From the NCBI GenBank assembly GCA_010909165.1, contig MU008182.1:868001-932000 (forward strand): DNA of 64,000 nucleotides, in the 5' to 3' direction. The translations under genes and the position numbers were made by a program. Numbering within the stretch: position 1 is the stretch's first letter; each line of letters opens with the position of its first letter. The notes under the pieces were generated by a model. It did no database searches. It saw nothing but the letters and a program-made list of their open reading frames with translations, and was not told where the DNA came from. Source of the stretch: Anthoceros angustus. Lineage: Eukaryota; Plantae; Anthocerotophyta. Positions 1-10,678 of this stretch are shown here, one piece after another.

Positions 1-178
1 AATTCTGCAAATAAAGGCTGGTAGTTAGAGGCCTATTTGCTATTTGCCAGCCGTTAATGGTCTGTAATTACAGCCTTTAATGGCAGGCCAGATTTATTAT
101 TACAGAATTACAGGCCTTAATTACAGAATAAATTCTGCCATTAAAGGCTGGTAGTTATAGGCCTATTTGCTATTTGCC
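1..178. repeat. Imperfect ~48-bp direct repeat (1-48, 131-178) with an internal 16-bp inverted repeat
   Basis: aattctgc..taaaggctggtagtta.aggcctatttgctatttgcc occurs at 1 and 131. cagcctttaatggcag (71-86) is the exact reverse complement of 135-150. Confidence 0.8.
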
Positions 179-380
179 TTTTGCTTTTGATGCTGTTGTT
201 GCTGCTTGCAGTGCTACACACCCCATCACACCCCATCTAGGTCTAGGTAGCGATATAAGGACAGGATGCTTAAAAGCCAAGTTCTTATAAAGGCGTGTCC
301 ATTTAGCCTAAGCACAAGATGCTTACTTGCCAAGTTCTTATAGCGTGTGTGTTCATTTGACCTAATCCATTTTGACCGTC

Positions 381-510
381 AATTGAATGCCAATATGTAT
401 TTCATTTAGCTTGTTAACATGAATAATTGAATGCCAATATGTATTTCATTTAGCTTGTTAATATGAACAATTGAATGCCAATATGTATTTCATTTAGGTC
501 GTTAATATGA
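381..510. repeat. 44-bp tandem repeat, about 3 copies
   Basis: Unit aattgaatgccaatatgtatttcatttagcttgttaa(c/t)atgaa starts at 381, 425 and 469 with no spacers. Confidence 0.9.
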
Positions 511-1049
511 TCGTACCAAAACCTGAATTAAGAAGTTTGAGCAAAATAAATTTGAACCACAAGAAAAACATTTTATTATAAAACCAGGGCTAGAGAATGA
601 AAGCATTAAATAGTTACATCGTAACATGTTTTACTATCAGTGTGTGTGAGTTGAACATATATACTTGGCTTGTATTTGTATTTCGTACATACAAGAGGTG
701 TGCTACACATTCTATAAAACTGCTTTTCTATATTTATTCATCGAAATGAATTGGCTAGCTAAAAGTTTTAGGACCTATCTAGAAAGCCCTTACGAACGTA
801 GGCACTTGCATTTTCAACCACTCATAAATAGGTGGGTAGGTATCGAAGTCATATAGGAAGTAAAGCTAACAAATGTCGCGAATTTTCTCAGGGCACGGAT
901 CTGTGCGGCCCGCGAAACACCCAGATCAGCACCCGTAGTCGAAGAGTACGCCCGAAGTCCACGCGCCTGGCCCTCTCGTCCGGAGGATCTCGTCAAGGTG
1001 GTACCCTATCTGCATACATACTGCCCTATGACTTAACGACCTATCCTCA

Positions 1050-2016
1050 TTGCCATACCCAGAATGAAAATATCCACCGCTGGATTCAACTGGAATCCGA
1101 ACCTCATGAAACCGTGACACATTCCCTCCCGCCCCAGCTCAGGAAAGAGCGACCAGTCCCCTTTGCAGTCAAGCACCCTCGGTGCGTCCATACAGTCCAT
1201 AAGCGAATCTGGCTGTGGTGGACAGCACCAGCGCACTCGGCTGCATTCGCCACCTGACCATTCGTACCTGCGATGGAGAGAAACATTGGACTCGTGCCAT
1301 AATTCCTGGCTCTGGACCTGTTCCTGGTCTCTGACTCCCAGTGCGAGAGAGATGCCGCTTGTCGAAAACCGTGCCCCTTACACCAGCTTCAGCCTGAATT
1401 TTCATCAGAGACATGCCAATGCTCAGGTACGCTGGTCCTCACAAACGGATGCCTAACGAAGTACCCGAAAACCTTCCTCTTGAAGCTCAGCTTCTGTTTC
1501 CTGGTAGCTCGAAAGAAGTAGTCCACCAATCCATTAGCCACGACGTCGGCGGCCCTCTCCGCTCTGCAGCAGGCCATGATAAACCTCGCCACCACCCCTG
1601 CTGCAACATAGCGTGCACGCCTGTCAGCGACCTCGAGAGAAGGATCCCCCTCTGCACCCCCGGCAGTGCCAGCTACCTGAGGCCCGGACATGGCCGGCTC
1701 GTTTTCCAGCGCCTGCAATGCCCGGCCCTGGAGCGTCGACAGAGCCGCAGCCCTCTCCAGCATCGACACATTCAATGCCTCAGCTTCCGCCACTGCTACC
1801 GCTGTTTCTAGAGGCCTCCTGGCCCGGCTGGATCGCTTCTGCACGCCGTGCCCCTGCCTCCGGATTTGTAGAGACGACGGTGTGGATCGGCCTGCCCTCC
1901 GCAGCCTCCCTGAAATCCTTCTGTGCTCCATCTGTGACGGCAAAGGGAGTCCCGTGGGAGACCGGATCGTGAAGCGCTGCTCGTGCCGCAGGCGCCCTGA
2001 CTGCCCCATGCTCCAT
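1050..2016 (-). CDS. Possible spliced gene of unknown function
   Basis: GC-rich 206-aa ORF 1389-2009 lies downstream of a telo-box, with a polypyrimidine acceptor (tttctctccatcgcag) near 1268 and a further open frame. No domain recognised and boundaries are uncertain. Confidence 0.3.
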
Positions 2017-2056
2017 CAGGAGCCCAGGCTTTGGACGCCTCCCGCCGCAATCTCTC

Positions 2057-2064
2057 AAACCCTA
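2057..2064. promoter_or_regulatory. Telo-box AAACCCTA
   Basis: Exact motif at 2057-2064, at the GC-rich 5' end of the putative minus-strand gene. Confidence 0.45.
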
Positions 2065-2233
2065 GTAGGGTAGGGCAGGCAGGCCATTCGAATGCACAGA
2101 ACGAACGATCGGCGGCTCCCGCGATTATCCGATTCTCTGCTGCATATCTTGGGATGGATATAGGTTCTTACTGGGTCCCTCTTGCACGCGTGGAGAGATC
2201 ATCCACATCATAAAGTGACATTCTGCATAGAGT

Positions 2234-2855
2234 ATGTACATGTTGTGCGTTGGGCAGGCCATCGCCAAGGAAGCTTTGAGGAAACATTGCCCTGAACTTC
2301 TCGGCCTGCCACGTGCTCTGCATCCTGTACTGAATGGAAGTTCAATTGGCACCCAAGAAAGAGAAAGGGCTGGCTGCATATTGAACAATCTGAAGCCATT
2401 GGAAGATCCACATAGATGCAGGCTGACAGGTTTCTCAAGGGTTCTGGAAGCAAATCACAATTATTACTGGGTAACAAAGTTTGCTTTTATTCCGTTAGGG
2501 GTTGGACGGGTCACGATGCTTTTTGTGTGAATATTTGTTACACACAACTCATCTGACCCTTGCCGATCTGGTGTTAGAAGTTGGATGGGTTGAGAAGTCT
2601 GTTGGCCATATGGGACTTGAAGAGCACTTCAGTTTGCAATTAGAAGAATCGCTTAATAGTGCTTACCAAGGCCTAGAAATTCGGAGTAACGCCAAACTAT
2701 ACCAAGTACCTGCCTGTCCAGACGAGGGGAACGCCAGATGTAGCCTCGGGAAACATTATAACATTAGGAACGTTAACAATTCCCTCTACTCTTCTCACGT
2801 TCGGGTGCTTGCGATGCACACTAGACTTCTCAGAGGTCGAACTAGTAAAATCTAG
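2234..2855 (+). CDS. Possible small spliced gene of unknown function
   Basis: Two successive ORFs (2234-2530, 2502-2855) with a donor-like TGG|GTAAC. No recognisable domain. Confidence 0.2.
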
Positions 2856-3085
2856 GTTGTCTTCAATCTCGCACCCCCCGCCCGTTCAGTTCACTGCCTG
2901 TGTATCACAAGCTCCAGCTGCCGCAAGCCCGGACGAGAAACCACATCGAAAAGACGCAGCTGCCCGCAGATCCCTTCAATCCGTGCAGTTCTGCAAGCCC
3001 ACCAGGTGGAAAAAGGTGGTACAACCAACAAGGTGGCACCCGAAGGTGCCAAGGCTGGGTGAAGACTCGAATTCGGACAGGTTGT

Positions 3086-5129
3086 TCAAGATGCAGACAA
3101 TACTGCTTCACTGGCGGATTCCTGAGCATCCTTGGTCTTCTGACTTGATTCCTTCAATAACCCTACCTTTACAAGCAAAGCTTCAGTCTCTTCATTCGGT
3201 TTCACAGAATCCGCTTCCATCCGTTCTACGAATCCAGCAGGACGCTCTCCTGCATTAGCATAAGCTTGCAAAACTGCGTTGTAAACCCTTGGACTGCCAC
3301 GCTTATAGGTTCTCTTGATCTCCGCAAAGAGCTTCTCAGCGTTCTTATAGTCCCCTTTCTCCCCATGGCTCTCAAGGAGGACAGCCAGTGTTTGATACCA
3401 AGGTACGGTCTTCGACCGCATCGAACTTGTAGCAGTATGGTCCAGAACCTTCAGGGCTTTGTCTGTGTGCCCGCCTCGCAAATAGCTGGTCACAAGTATG
3501 TGGTTTGTCAGAGAGTTTCGGTTGATTTGTTTTTCAGCATCCAACTTCGCCACTAACTCCTCGGCCTTCTGCATATCATCCGATTTCTCCTTGTAAACAG
3601 ACAGTAGAGCATTGTATGCATGAATTGAGACCCCTCCCGGCTTGTTCTTCAGCTCCTCAAACAACTCCTCTGCTTTGCTCTCCAAGTTCAACTTCCCGTA
3701 GCACTGAATCATAGTACAAAAGCTTCGTGGTGGTACCCTGGGCCCTTTCTTCACCATCTCCCACACCCTCTCCACGAACTCCACACTTCCTAAGTTGGCA
3801 AAAGACCTCATGAGAATGTCATAAGCCACCAGCTTCCCTCGAGCAGGCATCTTGTCAAACGCATCCAACAATTCTCCAACTGTGTCCCATCTTTCCGCTC
3901 TAGCATAGGCTACCATTATGACAGCAGAAGTTGAAGCATCAGGAGATACACCGGCTTCAGCCTTCATTTCTTTATGGAGCTCCTCTACTTTATCGATGTT
4001 CCCTGCCTTGCTCTCCATATCAATGAGGATATTGTATGTGAACATGTCATAATTGACGCCTCGTTGTTTCATCTCTTCCAACACTTTCGGAACTTTCTCT
4101 GGCGATCCCTCATTCTTGTACATGATCACCATCTGATTGAACGGAAAGGCTGCCTTGGCGACGTCAGCCTCTTTCATTTCCTGGAAAAAGGCCTCTGCCT
4201 TTTTGGTACTACTAGCAGAGACATAGGCGGCCAGAAGGGCATTGTAAGCACCGGGGGTCTTCAAGGCCGCTTCACTTTTCCTGAAGGTCATTTCCGCCAC
4301 ACCTGTGTTGCGTAACTTGGAGTAGGTGTCTATCTGAACAGTAAGGAACGAGCCATCCTTCTCTTTCGGGTTCTTCTTCACATACCAATCAACCAGCTGC
4401 AGGAACAGGCAGCAGTAACGTTACAAACCAGCTGTGCAAACGCTACTTGAACCCTCACAAGCTACAAACTCCGCTAACAGCAAACTACAAGAAAAACGGA
4501 TGAGCGCCCAGCTTTCTAACCTCCAAGATCTGCGTGTACCGCTCTTGCTTCTTCATTGCCCGCACCACCGCGATCAGCTTAGGTTTATTGAGTTTGTTCT
4601 TCTTGCTTGACGCCTCCCATTTCTCCACGGTGCGCGAAACGAGACCATTGTCGCGCCTGGGAAGCTTACTCACCATGGAAATAAGTGCCCAACTGGAGGG
4701 ATTCGCTGCTTTGGTAGTCTTCCCGTCAGCATCCTCAGCGTCGTCATCATCCTCACCGTCTAAATCCTGAGCAGCGTCGCCGTCATTGTCCACCTCGTCA
4801 CTGCTCTTCTCGGCCTCCGACGAGAAGGCTCTCAGCCTCTGACCCGGCGCAGGCACATGAGAGAAGCCACATTTGGCTGAAGGCTTCCCAAAAATGCTGC
4901 CTGCACGAAACTTCCGCACCAAAGCTTCTTCGCAGCTTCTATTAGTAGGAGCAGCTGGCACCCCACCTTGGTCCGACGGGACGGCCCCGCCGCCGCAAGT
5001 GAACATCCTACCATTCAAATGGTCAGGAACAGGAGGAGGTCCACCGAGAGAATTGCCTTGGACGCTGCCCCTCCATTCCTGAGCCGGCCTGATGTTCCAA
5101 AACACAATCAGAAAGCAATGCCTAAGCAC
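3086..5129 (-). CDS. P-class pentatricopeptide repeat protein, probably organellar. Exons about 5129..4521 and 4396..3086; true start uncertain.
   Basis: Consecutive 35-aa P motifs (e.g. YNALLAAYVSASS, FTYNILIDMESKAG, YNALLSVYKEK). GT..AG intron 4520-4397 joins ILE|LVDWYVKK in frame. The ORF-track start at 5129 is GTG. Confidence 0.88.
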
Positions 5130-5570
5130 GAGGACAGGAAGGGCCAGCCCACTGATGCACGCAGAGGCTCAATTGCAATGCATTGACGGAGAGGACTAAC
5201 CTTCGAACGCAAGCAATACGTGCTGCTCTCCACACCCTCCACATACCTGCTGCCCTGCCAAGAAAATTCCACTCTGTCAAGACCCAGCTGCTGAGGCTCG
5301 CCGAGGCCAAGGCAACTGAGAATTGGAAAGATCACAACATACACCAACTTCCGTCCTTAAACCCTGCTAAACCCCTAGGGCAACCCCAGCACATCTCTCT
5401 CACAGTTCAAGTACAGCAAGACCGCCGGCGGCAAGTAGGGACAGGAGGCAGCTTACCCCAGCTGCTGGAAAGGCAATTCCGTCCGCGATGCGGATTAGCA
5501 AGCCTTACGAGCCGTCGCGGTGATGGCAACAACGGAAGCAGTCTCTGAGCACACAAAGGGAGGGGATCTT

Positions 5571-5584
5571 AAACCCTAACCCTA
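5571..5584. promoter_or_regulatory. Telo-box AAACCCTAACCCTA in a divergent promoter
   Basis: Lies between the 5' ends of the P-class PPR (-) and the DnaJ-like gene (+). Confidence 0.55.
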
Positions 5585-5643
5585 TTGTCGGGCAAGGTTT
5601 ACAGGAGCCTGTCCCTCGCGCGCCTCCAGCCAAATGTGGTGAA

Positions 5644-6056
5644 ATGGAGCCCATCACATCAAGCGAGGCGGCGGGCTTCGGGGTAGGAGCTTTTCTGTTG
5701 GCGGCTGCATTTGCAGCCCCGAAGGTTGATCTGTTCATAGCCCGGTCGCAGCGCAGGTTGAACCACCCTCTCTATTCTGTGGGATTACTGCCTTGGAGAT
5801 TGATGAATCGCAATGTGTGCCAATGTTGCTTGCATGCGTGAATGGTCACAGGGCGCTGAAACTGTGTGAAGAATGTGGGGGAGTGGCAATGCTGCCGTGC
5901 AAGGATTGTAAGGGGCTGGGCGAGCTCAGGCCTCCCTTTGCCTTTTTTCGCAAGGAGGTGCAGCCCAGCGCAGGGCGACCGGCTTCCTGTTCTTCGTGCC
6001 GGGGAACAGGCCAGTTGAGATGTACTTCCTGTGCGGGGGTCTCCAAGGGGGCCTAA
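5644..6056 (+). CDS. DnaJ-like CXXCXGXG zinc-finger protein (no J domain), 105 aa, join(5644..5756,5852..6056)
   Basis: 95-bp GT-AG intron gives RSQR|RALKLCEECGG. Motifs CEECGG, CKDCKGLG, CSSCRGTG, CTSCAG follow an N-terminal hydrophobic segment. Confidence 0.9.
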
Positions 6057-6121
6057 TGCATCCTGGGAATAAACACAGTGCATCGGAGACATAACCTGGT
6101 TCTGTGTCCCTAATTGTTGCA

Positions 6122-7879
6122 TCAGACATCATCGCTGTCCCGTCCTCGTTTCCTTGTTCCAGCAGGGTTCCCAAGCCCAAGCTTGTCGAGAAAGGCTGGC
6201 ATTTTCTTTGCGATGGTGCTTGGCGACGGTGCAGGAGACCATGGCACGGATCCGGTGGGGATCTCTTCTTCTTCTCCAGGAGGGGTGGCTGGTACGTGGA
6301 TCACAAGAGGTTGGTCGGCGCAGCAGCTACTTCTGGTGCAAAAGGAATCCCCGCATGGCCTATGTGCCGGTGTACCTCTTGGTGAGCCATTGAGTGAAGC
6401 ACTTGCTTCATCGACTGCATTTGGGCGCACATTCTGAATGTGTCCGCCTTGCAATGACGGCTCACGTCGGAGCACTCCACAATTTTCACACCATTCCACC
6501 CACTGCGACGACAGGTTGGCTGCACTGCATCGTAGCCGGTGTTGCGGTTGTGCAATGTGAAGTGTCAAGGAAAAATGATCACAGAAGCTCACGGAGCAGA
6601 CCCTGCATTCGAAGATGTGAGCCACCCTCTGCTGTGAATTTAGTGCCGGGACCTGGGAAGTGCAGTCGGACTCACACAGGGGGACAGTTCTGCCTCTCTG
6701 CCCGGTGAGATGACTTGCAAGATGAAGTTCCACCTGATGCGGTTTGCCCAGAATGGTTCCACATAAATGGCACCAGCCACTATAAGTCATCAGCTGCTGC
6801 GTCCATCGCTTCCAGTCACCGGCCGCTTGCGAAGCACAGCCCGGCCTGACTTCACGGCCCAGCAGAACTTTCTTGGAGGATGTCATTCTTGGATCAAACG
6901 ATGTCCGAGAACCATTGGGAGACGAAACTGTCCAGTCCCGAGGAGTGTTATCCCCATGGACGCTGTCTAGTACATGGCGAGCGAAAGCAAGCCAGCTCCT
7001 GCAAGCAATCAGACAGCAAGTGCACGTCCACCAACCTCGGGACTTGTGTTGTGAAGATGCAGGCCCCTGACCTCCTGGCAGCCCCCCGAGCACATCCTGA
7101 TGCCCTGCCGCGGACTCCACGTTGCCTGGTGCAGTTCTGGACGCGAGCATCTGCTCATGCCCTAGCGATCGCAAGTGAGCCTCTAGCTCCCAGACGAGAA
7201 GATACTTTCCGCAGGCTTGGCAAAAACACTGCCTCAGACGCTGCACATGTTCCGCGGACAGCAGATGGCCAACGAAATCATCCACCCCGTCACAGGCCTC
7301 CTCACACATGCTGCAGACTGGCTCAAACTCTGGATCCGAAGGTCTACTAGGAATCGCCGAAAACTCGACAACAAGGGCCTCAACCCGGGCCAGCGTATCA
7401 ACAGCAACTTCTGCCATGTGCGAAGGGCTGGCAAGATGCACTTCATACCCGAGCAACTTCGGGAACAACAGGGCACATGAATAACAGATCCATCCATGGG
7501 CCTCGACTTCCATCCCCGGCAAGATACAACTGCGTTTCATCCTTTTGGAGTGGCTCGGATTCTCCCTATGCAGTTTCACGGCCCGTGGCGTGTACAGGTC
7601 CACAGAGCAAGCGATGCAAACACCACGAAGACCGAAGAGCGCTTGTTTTACATGTTCCTTCCCAAGACAATGCAGTTCACAACCGAAAGGCACAGATGTC
7701 TCGCAGGTGGGGCATTCCTGCATGCCTTCTACACTTCCAGCTGCAACTGTGTCATCCATCTCCATCACATGACAAGGTCCTGACAAATACACACAATGAC
7801 TAGCTCCAGCCTGTGGAAATTGAGAGTTAGCAAAGCCTGATGTTGCATAATCGTCATCGTGTAAATACGGCAGAGACAA
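6122..7879 (-). CDS. Multi-zinc-finger protein with eight C2H2 U1/matrin-like fingers
   Basis: 585-aa ORF with 8 C-x2-C-x10-12-H-x3/5-H units, 7 with H-x5-H. The ORF-track start is TTG; first in-frame ATG is at 7765 (MEMDD). Confidence 0.75.
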   Translation of the reverse strand: MSLPYLHDDDYATSGFANSQFPQAGASHCVYLSGPCHVMEMDDTVAAGSVEGMQECPTCETSVPFGCELHCLGKEHVKQALFGLRGVCIACSVDLYTPRAVKLHRENPSHSKRMKRSCILPGMEVEAHGWICYSCALLFPKLLGYEVHLASPSHMAEVAVDTLARVEALVVEFSAIPSRPSDPEFEPVCSMCEEACDGVDDFVGHLLSAEHVQRLRQCFCQACGKYLLVWELEAHLRSLGHEQMLASRTAPGNVESAAGHQDVLGGLPGGQGPASSQHKSRGWWTCTCCLIACRSWLAFARHVLDSVHGDNTPRDWTVSSPNGSRTSFDPRMTSSKKVLLGREVRPGCASQAAGDWKRWTQQLMTYSGWCHLCGTILGKPHQVELHLASHLTGQRGRTVPLCESDCTSQVPALNSQQRVAHIFECRVCSVSFCDHFSLTLHIAQPQHRLRCSAANLSSQWVEWCENCGVLRREPSLQGGHIQNVRPNAVDEASASLNGSPRGTPAHRPCGDSFCTRSSCCADQPLVIHVPATPPGEEEEIPTGSVPWSPAPSPSTIAKKMPAFLDKLGLGNPAGTRKRGRDSDDV

Positions 7880-8044
7880 TCAAGAATCCAGCCACACACC
7901 AAGTCGGTCTCGGAAGCGACCACATATAGCGGGCAAGCCGTAGAGTAGTAGGTCGACTTGAGCCTACCTTTTGGGTCGCTGAACCCGCCAACTACTGTTG
8001 CTCATCCCCCCGACGGTTCGTTGCCCACCTCCCAAGAAACCACC

Positions 8045-8052
8045 TAGGGTTT
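8045..8052. promoter_or_regulatory. Telo-box (TAGGGTTT) upstream of the zinc-finger gene
   Basis: Exact motif about 170 bp upstream of the ORF. Confidence 0.35.
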
Positions 8053-8533
8053 CAGGGTAGTGTCTTGTGTAGGATATGAAGGTGTGATGTCTGATCCAAG
8101 GTGGAAAGATATGACATGTCTCATTCACGCTGGACGTGTTTACCTGCCTCTAGCACATCGTTGCAAAGAAGCATTGCTCCACAGCTCACTACATTCCCCA
8201 GCAGCCGGATCTAGCGACTTGTGATGTAAAAAGCTGTCCTCAACACAAGAGCCGTGTGCGAGCGTCTGCAGCCTTTCTGGTTGGCCTGCCAGAGTAATTT
8301 GTGCATTTGTGCATGTTTAGGACGTATCCTTCGGTCTAGAGTCTCAGAAAGTCTGTTCATCATCTCCTATACATGCAAAGAAAGCAGATTTTCCTCAGTT
8401 CCGCAGTGCATTGGCTCCGAAGTCCTCAACTCTACTGTCTGCGCCGTTATCAAATTCAGCACGCGAGCTTGACATGACAGGGTAATCTTAGCTCGTTGTG
8501 CAGGCCTACGTCCACCCTCTAAACAGCTGCAAG

Positions 8534-8591
8534 TCCTCATGCACTGTTCTCAATTCGACCCTTCCTCATGCACTGTTCTCAATTCGACCCT
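8534..8591. repeat. Perfect 29-bp tandem duplication just downstream of the aminoacylase stop
   Basis: tcctcatgcactgttctcaattcgaccct occurs twice in tandem. Confidence 0.9.
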
Positions 8592-8605
8592 TTCTATGAT
8601 GTCGC

Positions 8606-10321
8606 TCAGAATTCCTGATGTGGCTCCTCGGGAGAGAAGGATGTGAAAAGTGAAATAATTTCCTCGTATACCTTAATGCCTTTGAGGTACTCCTTGACGT
8701 TCAGAAACTGTCATTCAACAAGACCATGGATGAGATGAAGGTAAGGCTTCGACAGCAAGCACACTGTTGGGTGAATTGCAGGGCAAACCTCATTATGGTC
8801 GTGGAGCAAAATAGGTGTGTTAGCCATGGGAGAGAAACCAACAGCGGGAATCCCCTCGTCCCTCACGTAGCGAGAATCTGTTGCAGCTGGGAAAATTTCT
8901 GGCTTGCCAAGCTTGCCGCCAGCTTTCGTCACTGCTTCCTGAAACAAGAGCCACCATGGATTCGAATTGTCCAGGACTGTTATTGGAATCTCTCCACGTC
9001 TGTCTCGCACAGGTGTCTTCTGCTGGAACTGCCAGGGCAAAATCATGGTTAAGGAATCAACAACACTAGTAGGAAGATGGATGAGCTTCAGAGCAAAGTA
9101 GGCTGATGGCTGTGAAGATGCTGTGCGGGTAAACTTGCCTCAAACGTAAGATTCCTCGAGGCAGGTGCCCACTCCTCTGATATGATTCTCTCGAGCTCTT
9201 CAGGGTTAGCATAAGGTGGCACTCTTATATCAAATCCTGCTTCTGCTTCAGACGGCTGCAGGTTCATCACAAACCCCTGAAAAACCCCAGTCATGTCACA
9301 GCACGTTACCACTGAAAAGAGGACAATTGCAGGGCATCTTTGCAGAACATGACTAACTGGGATTGCATACCGTAGGAGACGGCGTGCCAGACTTCAGGAA
9401 CACTGGATTCACTGAAACAACGTCACCCTCTGCAGCTTTCCCTGCCTTGACGAGGTTGAACTGTTCAGCTCTGTACTTGACGATGAGCTCCAGGCTCTTC
9501 TCTAAGTTTTCGATCGCAGAGTTGTCATACAGTTTTGACCCATGCCCTGGTGCCCCCACCGCTTTGATCATGAGCCACCATGGAGACCGCTCACCATTAA
9601 ACACACGGTAGTTTTCGGTCGGAGATGCGAGGCCCTCATCCAGAGCGAAGCCCACATTCAGCCTCTTGAACTCGGGTGAAGACACAAACTTCTCAGCACC
9701 ATCATGTCCACCGATCTCTTCATCCGGGACAAACGAAAGATGAACAGAACGTAGAGGCTTGAACCCTCTCTGTTTCAGATTCCGAACTGCTTCCAAGTAC
9801 TGCATGCCCACGCACTTCATGTCCTGAGATCCCCGTGCGAAAACATCCCCCTGCTCTGTTCGAGCAGCAGAGAAGGGATGGTGCACCCATTTCTGCTTCT
9901 CGGAAGGTACCACATCAACATGTGAGTTCAGAAGAATGGACGGCAAGGATGGATACTTGCCCTTCCAAGTCACCAGCACCACAGGCTTGCCCTTCACAAA
10001 CTCGATCGTTGTTGCCTCTAACCCACCAACCGACTCCGCTTGAGCCAACAGGAAGGCAGCTGATTTCGAGTAGTCAGGATTCGGATGAGCTGTGTCTATT
10101 TGCAGATATGACCTGAACCTCTCGATAGCCTCTTCCTCCTGCTCACCGTGCCTCAAGGCATCAGTATGGTGCAGCTGCAAGGCAACTAAGCAGAGGACGA
10201 GCACGGACACAACACAAGCCGGGCGGTCATAGCCACCCCTCTTCACAAGAATTCCCTTCATCTTTTCACCCCCTTCCGAGGACAACAGCACAGTGTGTCC
10301 TCCCAGGAGGACACGTTTCAT
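8606..10321 (-). CDS. ACY1: Aminoacylase-1 (peptidase M20A), exons 10321(or 10261)..9371, 9276..9139, 9028..8789, 8707..8606
   Basis: Motifs LLNSHVDVVP, ARGSQDMKCVG, FVPDEEIGG, LDEGLASP, GHGSKLY, PAATDSRY, LLHDHNE|FL. All junctions are in frame; intron 2 is GC-AG. Signal-peptide-like N-terminus. Confidence 0.95.
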
Positions 10322-10678
10322 ACTGCACCGCCCGCGCACAGGATGCGCTGATGGTTTATAGAAAATAATGTTGTGCTCCGCTTGATGTATGAGGTGTGGA
10401 TCACATCATCTGACAAAGATGCAGCTATAGCTGAATTGCAGCAAGCCCCACTTGTTTTTGCTTTTGCTCTGCTATTCTCGCTCTGTTGATTTGAAGATTT
10501 TTCTTTTTCAAGTCTTGTGTTGTGCAATGGTGTGCTTGTGTGGCAGTGGTCGAGGTGGATTCCAGGGACGGAAGGATGAAGGAACTTGGGGCACTAGCTA
10601 CAGACACAGGTGTCACGTCAGCTCTGATTGTGCAATGGGACTGGGCAAAGTGATGTCATCAGTTCGCTTCTGGAACAG

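Noticed and set aside
381-510. 44-bp repeats as a CRISPR array
   Set aside because: Tandem with no spacers.
1690-2073. CSICDGKG as a DnaJ zinc-finger repeat
   Set aside because: Single isolated motif with no partner repeat, likely antisense to the minus-strand ORF.
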